NCBI GenBank assembly: GCA_964247055.1 | Contig: OZ176051.1 | Coordinates: forward strand, 11,842,001-11,906,000 | Length of the DNA stretch: 64,000 bases | Direction: 5' to 3' | Source of the DNA: Paragordius varius | Lineage: Eukaryota; Animalia; Nematomorpha | Shown: positions 52,701 through 64,000 of the stretch, in pieces | Position numbering within the stretch: position 1 is the stretch's first letter | How the letters are laid out: the number at the start of each line of letters is the position of its first letter | Program-made: the position numbers and the translations under genes | Notes under the pieces: model-generated | Database searches by the model: none | What the model was told of the DNA's origin: nothing | What the model saw: the letters and a program-made list of their open reading frames with translations, nothing else

Positions 52701-53578
52701 AAATGGTTTATATATATTGGTTATTTTTTGAGAATCAGTAAACCTATTTTTCGGTTATTTACCGTATTTGTACATTATAAAATTAAATAATTATACAAAT
52801 AATAAATTTTTGCATTACACTTTTGTGTTCTTATGTAATCAGAATGTAGGCTATAGCGAAAACTTATGGGAAATGAAGGATTTAATTGAAAAATGAATAT
52901 ATGATGTTTAAAAATTTTAATTATATTTGACTGGTAAGTTTAGCCAACTCAAATAAAAATACTTTAAATGAAAATATTTTTTATACCTATACTGGTTTAT
53001 TTTAATAATACATTTCAATTTAGCAATGTTTCCAAACACACGCTTGATGTGAGAGCTACTAAGAAACGAAGGATAAAGTAAAAATATAATTATAATTTGT
53101 TAAAAAAAAATTTGTTTGTTAAATTTGGTTTTTGCTAATTAATCTACTTTTTGAAACATTAATAAATATTTATATATATAACTTTTTATATGTTTTTTAG
53201 TTATGAGCCAATACCTAAACTTCTGAATTTTATGTGTCCCGAACCTGAATTAATAGATGTTGACCAAAACTTTTAGTATTTATATACTTTTTCTATAAAA
53301 ATTCTAATTATTTATTTTAAAAATTTAAAATTGATAACATTAATTATAAGGTTTATTATTTAATTTAATATAGTTTTAAAAAAAGTTTTAATAATGAAAA
53401 AATTATTAATTAAGTTTGTAATTTCCCTAATTTTTGAATTGAAATTGCTTACTTATATAGCTAAATTAAAAGAGGATTAAAAATTCTTGATTTAAACCCA
53501 ATTATACAATTTTAATAATAAAATAAATTTCTTTATTTTATATTTAGCGGAAAATTGTATTCATCCTTATTCCGATAA
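48506..53578 (+). CDS. AATF: AATF/Che-1/Bfr2 (SSU processome), about 250 aa; 8 exons
   Basis: Spliced product contains GKPILITLDLWDKLIKFRILL, SLTDQIEK|IVQDIDGKLLERTRLKR, SIFDDMDFYYRLVKDFVDK, LDVRATKKRRI|NYEPIPKLLNFMCP and KLYSSLFR*, all matching AATF/TRAUB motifs. Exons: 48506-48656, 48679-48757, 48783-48915, 48938-49018, 51977-52122, 53024-53077, 53201-53275, 53548-53578. Confidence 0.88.
49428..49737. repeat. 113-bp tandem duplication followed by a (TA)~39 microsatellite
   Basis: GTTGTGGAGT at 49431 and 49544; TA run at 49660-49737. Confidence 0.9.
50150..51035 (+). mobile_element. 5'-truncated RTE-clade LINE with a (CAA)n tail, in AATF intron 4
   Basis: HYADDTVL, GLNINFKKTK, YTYLGS and, after a frameshift in a G-run at about 50620, FFGHIMR..GKVSGARKRGRRRTRW; tail CAACAACAAC. 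Confidence 0.92.
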
Positions 53579-53624
53579 AGATTTTCTATTTCAAACATAT
53601 GCCATAAATAATAAATTTAATATT

Positions 53625-53664
<40 letters not shown>

Positions 53665-55293
53665 TTTTATGGGTAACACGATATAAGGAGCACTATACAG
53701 TAGGCCTTATTTATAGCTAGCTAAAAGATTTAATTTACATGAGCCATATATGAGATTTTTCATCTTTATTCGTTGTTACATTTTTGAAAATTATGGAGTG
53801 AAAAAATCGTAATGTTTAATTAAATATCCTCTTAGTCATTTTAAATATATAAATGGCCTGACGCGTAGAAAAAATGCTTTATTTATGATACATATATCAT
53901 TTGATAACTAAATGTTTCAGAATATATAATGAACATCCAAATGCGGTTAACGATCCAGTAAATAAGTTAATTTTTAATTTTTCTGTTATTCGCCAAAATC
54001 GAAGTCGCACCTTAGGTCGTTTAAAATTAAATACAACAGAAAAAAAACATGTCCTCGAATTTTATTGGTTAATATATAGAGTAAGGTTACTTAAAAACAC
54101 AAAAATGTAAAAAGTTGCAGAAAGTCCTTGTAGGACTTACAGGAATCAATGCTAATCTCATTTGATGTCAAATTAGAATCCCATAAACTAGTTAATTTGC
54201 GGTAGAGGATTTCAAAAATATCACATAAGCTTATGTATCTAATATATAATAATATCATTTTCTTGCAAAAATTAAAAAAGACATGGTAAAGGCCATTTAA
54301 CAATGTGAAACAATTAAAAAACTTGAATTCCAGAATCAGCACATTCATCTTTTTAAATATTATGAGCACACCGAAAAAATTGTAAAATATGTTTGGAAAA
54401 ACTCCCATTCTAAAAATAATTATAAATATAATATTAGATTACCATTTTTTATATTTCTCAGTTTAATTAATTTTATGTGAAATACAATATATATTTATAA
54501 AAATGGAAAGTGGTGGCTTTGTGATCTGTTTCCGGAAAACCGGTAGACCCATTCAAATCCAAATATCGAAAAAACAAAATCATTAATGAATGCCCCGACA
54601 ATAACTTTGCCCTTTTTTTGAAATAGGTCCCCAGTTCGGTCCCACCCCGTTTAAAAACGGGTTTTTTGAAAATCGTGTCTTTGAGACAATTTTAACGTGT
54701 TGGACCATTCAATTTCAAATATGATTTTTTTTTACTTATTTTCGATTGTGCTTTTTAATTTAGGTCTTCTTTTAACCTGCTCCCCCCGTAAAATGCCATT
54801 TTTTTCAAAAAAACAAAGTCTACAAAAAAAATTTTTAGAATCTATATCGCCCAAAGCATGAGACCGTAAAAATTCAGTAAGGATTCCAAGTATTTTCTGT
54901 TAAACATTTTAGCCAAGCGTTCTTTGATGATAGCTCCTGGGTAAGGAGATACCCGCTAAAAACTGACCTGTCATATCGAAATAGCGTGTCTTTGGGGCTA
55001 AATTTCAGAAAACCTATTAGGACATATGAGTTCAATAGCTGCTTAAAATATTACCAGTAAGAAGGCAAAAACCTAGATCTTGTGGTTTTTTTAATTTCGC
55101 CGTTAATTAGGCCCTTCACGCCCTGAAAAATGCGCCACCATAGAATGATTTTTTAATTGTGAATCAATTTTTCCAAAAACTAATGGGAGCATATGGAATC
55201 AATCATGTCCAGGTATTCTCAGTGAAAAGGCAAAAAAAAATGTATCAGCCTTTGGGTAGGGAGCTACCCGCCGACATTTGCAGCTGATATATA

Positions 55294-56012
55294 CCATTTG
55301 CACTTCAAGAGTGTCCTTGAACACTTCAAGTTGGTCCTGTTCATTTCAAGTTGGTCCTTGAACAATTCAAGTTGCTCCTTGAACATTTCAAGTTGGTCCT
55401 TGAACACTTCAAGTTGGTCCTTGAACACTTCAAGTTGCTACTTTAAATTTATGAATTTTGATTTAACCATAATTTTTGCATTTATTTTTTAATTTTATTA
55501 TTTATTAACCTAATTTTCTTTATTTATTATATATTTATTCATTTAAAAATAAAATTTTTTTATTGAAAAACCACTTTTTTGTTTCAATCTATTTTTTTTC
55601 AATTGAACAAAATTATTGACTTAAATGTTTTTAATGAAAAAATTTAAGAACTCAGAAAAATTATATATTTTTTCATTTCGTGTTAAAATCATATAAATAT
55701 CCCAAATTATTTTAAGAAATTAATAAAGATATACGGTTTCTCAAAGATTAAAAGTTGATATCGATTTAAAATTTATGTAAATAATAGAAAATAGGTTAAA
55801 AACAATAAAATACATGAATTATTTACGATTTGATAGATAAAATTTAAAACAAAACAAAAAAGTCAAAGGACCAACTTGAATTGTTCAAGGACCAACTTGA
55901 ACTGTTCAAGGACCAACTTGAATTGTTCAAGGACCAACTTGTATTCAAGGACCAACTTGAAATGTTCAAGGACCAACTTCAAGTGTTCAAGGACACTCTT
56001 GAAGTGCAAATG
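55294..56012. mobile_element. 21-bp-array foldback-like MITE family A
   Basis: Same termini, arrays and core as 45372-46049. Confidence 0.88.
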
Positions 56013-56015
56013 TAT

Positions 56016-59000
56016 AGTACCAACTAATTAGCTAACTTTTAAAGTGAAAGGTCAAATCTATTGATAAAGCAGGCTCTATGCTTCCAGAAAAAGGGAGCCA
56101 TTACAAATTTTACAAATATATTTTGTTGGTGATGATACCGTTGAACTTGGTATCCGTTGCAATAATTTTATTATTAAGAGGCCAATTTTATTAGAGATAC
56201 AGGAACTATTACATCAGCATAATCAGTTGGGAAAATTGTTTAAAACAGAAATAGATATGATTCCGTCTAATACGCATAAAATTATTATGCCGACAAAGTG
56301 CCTCATGGCGAATATGAAAGCAGATTTAATGCTCCCACAATGAATGAGGTAGCTATTGTTATGGACGGCGATCAATTTTATTCAAGAGATATTGTTCTTC
56401 ACCTGAGAAATTTATTATTGTAGCAAAGATCGTTGTCGATATATTGCTTTTTCGAAGGTGTATTTTCTCCAGTTTATTCGATTGTGAGTGAGTGATGTTA
56501 ACTGTTGTAAAGAGAGATTGGTTTCTTTGGTTAGGTTTTCAATCCAGCGCATCTTGCAGCGTCCACGTTTCCTGGATCCTTCGACCTTGCCTGTTATTAG
56601 TTGGAATTCCAAGTCATTAGCTCTGGTAATGTGACCAAAGTATGATAATTTCATTTTGAGGCACATGCCAATCAAGTGTATCTCGGGGTTTATTTTTTTA
56701 AGGATTACAGTGTTTTTTACTTTATCTTTCCAAGTGATTTGAAGTGCCTTCCGCCAGCACCAGATTTTGAAGGCGTTAATGTATTTTTCGTCTGTCTTTT
56801 TTATTGTCCAGCTTTCTGATGCATATAGCATGCTAGGAAATATTAGGGCTTTAACTAAACGGATTTTTGTTTTAAGTTTGATGTCGTGTGATGACCATAG
56901 TATATTATATTTTATCATTTTTGTCTTAGCAATCCCTATTCTTCTTTTAATGTCTGGGGTGCTGTTGTTCGTTGTATTTATAAGACTGCCTAGGTAAGTG
57001 TATTGGGACACTACTTCTATTTGTTGGTTGTGAAAAGATAAGTTGTTATAGTGGTTATGAGCATTTATTATCATGATTTTAGTTTTTTTAAAGTTGATCG
57101 TCAATCCAAATTTTTGACATTCGTTTGAGAATTCAGTTAGGAGTTTTTTCAGGTTGTCCACTGAGTTTGACAGCAGTGTCATCAGCATAATGGAGTGATG
57201 ATATAATATTGCCGGCAATGCTTATACCATTAGTTTTATCTATATCCCGTAATACACTTTCTATGCAGACGTTAAAGAGAGTGGGTGAGAGGACACAACC
57301 TTGTCTTAGACCGTTGTTCATTTGTACCCAATTACTTATGCCATGTGGGGTTTTTATGTTTAGTGATAAGTTGGAATAAAGGGATTTTATGATGTTCAAA
57401 ATGTGATCTGAGACACCCATCTGAGATAGTGCCTTCCACAGCGTGTCGTGTTTCACGCTGTCGAAGGCTTTTGTAAAATCAATGAAGCAGATGTGGGTTT
57501 CTTTCTGAAATTCAATTTGTTTTTCGAATATCCAACGTATATTGCTGATCATGTCCCTGCATCCGCGATTGGATCTGAATTTCGCTTGAGTATTAGAAAG
57601 TTCGGCTTCAATTATGCCTTGGATACGCCTGTGAATTATTTTGAGGAAAACTTTTGATGCTTTTTGAAAAATGTGTCTGAGACTCATAGATGTTACGATC
57701 CATTACAATATCCATTAATATTCTGGGATGGCACAGATGGATATAATTTTAATGTTAAGATGATTAATCCTATCACCAAACAAGAAACTAATAAAAAATA
57801 TAGCGCAATGTAATATTATTCGTCTCAATTAAAGTATAAGGAACGGTCAGGATAATCATATTTTAAGATGCCGACAATTATTCCCAATACATTGTAGATA
57901 TGTATGCAAAAATAGAAACAGAGCGTATGTTATCTTCGGTTAAGGCTAAACTTTGTTCTGAAGAATATATACAACTATGAGATGCTTTAGTTAATGATTG
58001 TAATATTAACAATATTGGGAGATTGACAATACTACCATCCACTTACATAGGTAGTCCTCGCCTTATGCATAAATATGCCCAAAATGTTTCGCGTATGTGG
58101 CACAATGTGGACGCCCAGATATATTTGTTAAATTTGCATGTAATCCTCTTTGGGAATCTATAAAAGTTTTCCTATTCCCTGGACAGGAGCCATAAGAACG
58201 ACATCACAGCTCAAGTTTAAAGGGGTAGCTTAGATCTTTGATTGATTTTATAGTTAAATTAGAGGTGTTTGGTGCAGTGCAATGTTGAATGTATTCAGTC
58301 GAGTGGCAAAAAAGGGGACTATCATATGCACATATATTGATTTGGCTTTATTCCAAAATAAGGTCAAGTGAAATATATCCGCTGAAATAGCTGATCATAC
58401 GATTAAAGATTTAAATCAGGCTGTTATATCCTATATATGAACGTAGCCCTACAGTTGTTCATTTAGCAATACATTTAGAAAATGGGTAACTTGTCTATTT
58501 TACAGCTTCTAATGCCATAGAGGTGGCTAGATATCCACCAGATACTACTTTAACCGCTTTCTTAAAGTTATGGCAAAAGGCCTTTGTGAAAACATTCTCT
58601 ATTCCGAAATACTTTCCTATTACATATGGAACGCTAAAAAAGAATTCGAACGGCCCAAGCGAGGGATTCCAGTTAGTTGCTATTCTGGTATATATATATA
58701 AAGGTGCGGCATTAGGTAGATTATACACGGTTCATCCAAACCAAGACGAATGTTTTTTTCTTCGTCTGTTATTGATAAATGTGAGAGGACCATCATCATT
58801 TGATTATTTAAAAACCGTAAACGGTGTTTTACATCCTACGTTTCGCAATTCATGCCAGGTGCTTAATTCGGAAAATGATCAACATTGGGATCTAGGTATC
58901 CATGATGCTTTAGTAATGCTAAAATATTAATAACAATGAGGTAACAATTTTCACTGGCGCTTTGATAAAAATCGAGGTCATTTGTCTAGAGATATCAAAC

Positions 59001-59384
59001 AGACCTATTAGGCTATTATTAAGCCATCTCCAAATCGAATGCTGTCGTTTCCATATAATATATAGAAATTTGTCGTGAACAATAATGAATATGAGTTAAT
59101 ATCCTATCTAAATTGTATTATCCAAAATAACATAGGAACAAAAGATAATATACGATAAAATTATGCGGGATATTTATAATCATGTTGGTGGGATATATTT
59201 TTTGATACACCAGGGGGGGCCGGTAAAACATGTTTAAAGCTTATATTGGCAGCTGTCAGAGGTAAAAAAATATCTTTGGCTAAAGGTTCTTCTGGGATAG
59301 CTGCCACCTTATTACCGGGCGGAGGCTCATTCTGCTCTTAAATTGCCACTAAATATGCGTCATGAAAATATTATGTGCCATACC
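56016..59384 (+). mobile_element. Decayed Helitron (Rep/PIF1 helicase fragments), interrupted by an RTE and cut by a hAT
   Basis: TFKVKGQI, RFNAPTMNEVAIV..RDIVLHLRN, SETHRCYDPLQYPL, LPSTYIGSPR, VEWQKRGL, LGRLYTVHPNQDECFFLRLLL, PGG.GKT, SSGIAATLLPGG; many stops. Confidence 0.9.
56410..57668 (-). mobile_element. 5'-truncated RTE-clade LINE inserted into the Helitron
   Basis: FIDFTKAFDSV, GLRQGCVLSP.LF, HYADD, YTYLGS, ESWTIKK, GSRKRGR; Helitron coding sequence resumes on both sides. Confidence 0.92.
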
Positions 59385-62300
59385 TAAGGTGACCAGATTT
59401 TTTGAAGGAAAAATCTGAGAAGGGGGGGGGGGCAATGGGTACAACCAAAAATTTTTATACAAAAAATTTATTGTAATATTTATTTATTTTTAACACAAAT
59501 ACATTATAAATATAAAAAAATTTGTACCTTACAGGTTGTTTGTACCTTATTCAATAAATTTACATGGGCACGAACAAAGGGTGAAGTGATTGTAATATTC
59601 TAGAAAAAAATAATAAAGACGAAATCATCACAAAGTGAGCTTGGTGATGCAAGAAGCGGCACAAAAAATATTTTTAACAATTTAACGAATAATCTTAATC
59701 AAAACATTATTGGCAGATACACAACGCTATACAAACAGCTACTGATTTGTTAATCCTGGATGTGGAAAATATAGATGTTAAAATGTTGGGATATTGTAAA
59801 ACTGTTGTTAGCTCTTTTGCCAGCGATTGAAATATTTATAAAAATGTGATCTCCTAGAATCCTATTTTTATCACAGGACAAAGGTTAAAATTCCAAGTCA
59901 AAAAAGGTTAGAAAATAATTTTATACCATTATCTAATCGCAATATTATAAGGCATCCAGAAAAACAAGGCTCAATGAATAGCCAGAATATTAAAATGTTT
60001 TATACAAACAGAAACGATTATTTGGAAGACAAGACGTGCACAATGACACTTTATGAAGTCTCATTATTAAATAAAAATATTGATATTATGGACAACAGAA
60101 AAAAATACCTAGGATAGAAATGGTTAAAATAATCATTTTTAAACAAATTATGTTCCATACAATAATATTTTAATTGTAGAATTTACATTATCTTTACCTA
60201 AACCACTGCTATTGAACGCGTTTTTCCACAGTAAATTAAGTAAGGAAAATTAAATTTAAATGTTGAAGTGCCATTTTATGTTTTCAAATATAATTTGACA
60301 AATTATGAAGACTTATACAATATTTTAAGTAATTTTGTTTATTTTTTAACACAAAAACTTTAAAGAAAATATTTTATTCTTTGGTATATTTTTTGTTTGA
60401 GTGAATGCGTTTTAGCAGATTGTCATCATTTTATAAAATATTGTAGAAGTCTTCAATTTGACAGATAAAACGGCCTTTAAAGTTCCAATATTTAAATTTG
60501 ATTTTTCCGATGTCCACACCAGATTTACTGTGGAAAAAACGCGCTCAGTAGCAGCTTTGGTTCCATGTAAAGATAGTGCGAATTCCACAATTTTTAAAAT
60601 ATTATTGTATATAATATAGTTGGCTTCAAAATCATGAAATATTTCTAACCATTTCTTTCCTACTTATTTTTCTTTTGTCCATAATTTAAGGTTTTCATTA
60701 TAACATATCTTTTAACTAATGATACTTCAGAAAAAAGATCATTTTCTGAAAGATTATTTTTTGAAAATTTTTGGGAGCATATATAATCAAATGTTTTTTG
60801 AACATCGCACCAATTAAATACTGATTTTAATGTTATCCAATGAAAATGATCAATTTCATTGAATTGCGTCGTCCAGTCTTCCAAATAATCTTTACAGTTT
60901 GTATAAAACATTTTTATATGGTACAGGATATCTTGGCGATTTATTAAGCCTTGTTTTTCTAAATTATTTCTTATATTGCGGATGGTTAATGGTATAAAAT
61001 TATATTCTAACCGTTCTTGACATTGGAATTTTAGGTTACTAACTTCATTGGCTACTTCGATTGCCGAAATTTTGTCACCTTTTATAAATTTAATAACATT
61101 TTGAAAGAGAGAAGCTTGATTATGTAAATCATATTTTTGGAGAATCACTTTCAAAAAACTTTTTCAAAGTTGTAGGACATTTGTCCTGGGATAAAAAAAG
61201 ATTTTAAAGGATCATACATTTTTTCTTTCGATAGCTGGCATAAAAGCCAACCAACGAGAGTTTTACAATAACCAAGCATTTTTTGATATTGAAATTCTGT
61301 ATTTTCACAGAATTCTTTAAGCCTTTCAACACGTACCGTGTATATATAATAATAGGAATATATTTTAACAACTACATTTTCCACATCTGGGGGTAACAAA
61401 TCAGCAGCTGTTTGAATAGCGTTGTGCATTCGCTGCACACCCAGCGCCAATAATGTTTTGATTAAGATTATCTGCTAATTTATGAAAAATATTTTTTGAT
61501 CACCCCCTTGCTTTTCCACCAAAGTTCGTATTGGTGTTGTCAGCGCAATATGCGATAATTTTGTCTTTTAAATTATTTTTTTTTAGAATATGCATTATTG
61601 AAGTTAATATTATTTCGGAATTTTCACCGGGTAGGGAAATAAAATTTTAAATTTTAATTTTTACTCCGGTTTCTGCAACAAAATATGTATCAAAGTGAAT
61701 AATTTCGCTTCATGGTGATTTGATGCATCAGAGTATAGGGATAAGAAATTACTTTTTAGCATATCTTTTTGTAAGAAAATGCATGTGGCGGAAGGCATTG
61801 CACACAATGGCTTCAGCCTTTGTACGGGCACATGTAAATTTTTTATGGAATAACCTGTGAGGTACAGTCCATAGATCTAAAGGAATGATTGTGATTAACG
61901 GCGTGAAAAGATAACACGCCCTCAGCTAGGGCCAAATTCTTTTCTTCCTCTCCAAAAGCGGTTTTTCGAAAAAAATCGCTCATTTTGTAAGATGATGCTG
62001 CCATATCTGAACATTTTTTATGTTTTTGTGTTTCCATATGCTTTGTAATATCATGCTTGCCGCCATGTGCTAGAGTGAATTCCCCCTCGCAGATAAGACA
62101 TTTAACAGATGATTCATTCTTCGTTTTTTTAATAAAAGGAAAATCTTTCATTAATATATCGTTGAATTTACAACCTCTTTTTGTGCTCATATTTATAAAC
62201 TACTATTAGTAAAATAAATATTATATTACCTTAATTTTCTGAAATAAACGTGTAAGGTACCGATTTGTGGTATCAATTTGTCTTTTAAGCTACCGATTTG

Positions 62301-62703
62301 TGGTATTAATTTGGCTTTTTAATAATGTTGGCAAGTAATAAAACTAAAATATTAGTATAATAAATATATTACCTTAATTTTCTGGAATAAACGTGTAAGG
62401 TACCGATTTGTGGTATCAATTTGTCTTTATATCTAGAGATTTGTGATATAAACTTGGCTTTTTGATAAGAATGACAGTAGTAGTAGGAAGGAAAGTGTAT
62501 AATCATATGATATAAGTTTCGAAAAATAAATATTTTTAATTTAAAAATAAAAAGTTTAAAATTAAAATTTATATAGATTTTAAAGATATTTAATGTTAAA
62601 AAATTTAAACGGATAAAAAAAATTTATTTAAAAATTTTTTTTTTTATATAATCGTGAAAAAGCGGGGCATTTTAAAAACGTAGCGGGACGTCTGGTCACC
62701 TTA
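59385..62703 (-). mobile_element. hAT DNA transposon, copy 2 (defective)
   Basis: Same TIRs and architecture as 40134-44224; transposase at about 60385-62190 with independent frameshifts; no direct TSD. Confidence 0.93.
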
Positions 62704-62999
62704 GGTATAGGCAATTTAACCTAATAAAATTTGATTAAAACAAATTTAGGCCCTCAACGGTCTTATTTAAAAATTTTATGAAATTATTTGTGTTTTACAG
62801 ATTATTATTTTGATACAATAAAAAATTTAAGCTAATATAGTTACATCTATAATAATACTAAAAACAGTTAATTTTTGGTTTTTTGCAGTTATTTCTCATA
62901 TATGGAGCTTAACAAAGTTTAAAAAAATGATTTCATAAACATGCAACAAGTATCCGAATTTAACCACTACCTATATAAATAATAGGTACATATAGGGGA

Positions 63000-63370
63000 A
63001 GTAGTTACTTAGGTCGAATCGACTCTTGAAATAAAAATAATTAGTTGCCTACGGCCCTTTTCCATTCTATTTCCTTTAATTCCATAATAAAGCTATCATT
63101 TCCATTTCTTTCCTTCGACTTTTCCAAAAATCCAATCTTTAGAGAATGTAGTTCTTAAAATGTGACCTCATTCTACTATCTTTTTAACTTTGTCCTACCA
63201 TTTTATTTTTGACCTTCTCCTCGTGCGCTACATTCAAACGATGCACTTTATAACTGAGTTTCAATGTTAAACTTTTTTAGCCATAAGTCCCAGTAAACAA
63301 TGCCTTTGATGCTTATTTTAATTTTCATAGCGACGTTGATACTTCTGGATAGTTTAATCAAGTTGTAGCG
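63000..63370 (-). mobile_element. Highly decayed RTE-like LINE 3' fragment
   Basis: Fragmentary KIKW.DKV and GKGRR motifs with many stops. Confidence 0.4.
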
Positions 63371-63464
63371 ATATCAAATATATTTATTAGCAATAACTCC
63401 CAATCTGAGTATATAATAAAAAATTATTGTCATTATGCAAAACAAAAACTAAAAACTGTTTAAA

Positions 63465-63972
63465 TTATTTTTGATCAGGCTCTTCTAATAAAAATTCGGG
63501 TTTTGCATAACCCATTTCTTCGGGTGTTGATATGCCTAATTCATCAAGAGTGGGTCGTATTTCTTGCAATATATATGGATATATTTCGTTAACTTTACTA
63601 CCGCATTTAAACTAAATCATTAATTAAAATATACTTTAACGGCTTCCAATACTCTGGTTGTCAGTGCGTAATCATTTAACCTCCGGCACGCTTTAAAAAT
63701 TGATATAATAATTTTAGGTTCAGGTATGACATCTGAATGCTAAGATATATTATTATAGAATGTACTATCAAATCATTTATTCCGTGCCTTAATTCCCAGC
63801 TATCTATGTTCTCTTTATTAAAATAGTCAATGTATTTTTGATCAAATTCCTCATCCGTCAATGAGTGTGAAGCATATAAACGAACATTTTTTAGATAACT
63901 AAATAAATTATTATAAACTTACAAAAGATTCCCGACTTTTGGCACTTTAGTTAGAAGCCGTGTGATATTCAT
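63465..63972 (-). CDS. COX5A: Cytochrome c oxidase subunit 5A; 4 exons with 24-, 26- and 23-nt introns
   Basis: MNITRLLTK...[35 protein letters not shown]|[31 protein letters not shown]|[30 protein letters not shown]. Introns at 63899-63922, 63740-63765 and 63612-63634. Confidence 0.95.
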
Positions 63973-64000
63973 TTTGACTGACAGAAAGAAGCAAGCAGCA

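Overview
Very AT-rich eukaryotic nuclear DNA whose proteins look animal-like but strongly divergent. The exact taxon cannot be determined from this window; 22-34 nt introns and fast-evolving proteins recall parasitic lineages such as myxozoans, dicyemids or orthonectids. I reconstructed seven host genes by manual splicing: U2SURP/SR140 (-, about 28 exons), SEH1 (+, 10 exons), TMEM199/VMA12 (-, intronless), PFDN1-like (-, intronless), eIF4A (+), a miniaturised AATF/Bfr2 (+, 8 exons) and COX5A (-, 4 exons). Introns and intergenic space are packed with DNA-transposon MITEs, two hAT elements, a decayed Helitron, RTE/CR1 LINE fragments, a mariner remnant and a tRNA-derived SINE. The most notable observations are: (1) a TAATG stop/start overlap between PFDN1 and TMEM199, like an operon; (2) tiny introns concentrated at gene 5' ends while larger, TE-laden introns lie downstream; (3) a SEH1 coding exon split by a 1.25 kb TE-like insertion that may be spliced out; (4) a hAT family that carries an inverted copy of its own transposase 3' half; (5) foldback-like MITEs built from 21-bp palindromic arrays. 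Exon coordinates were counted by hand and may be off by a few bases.
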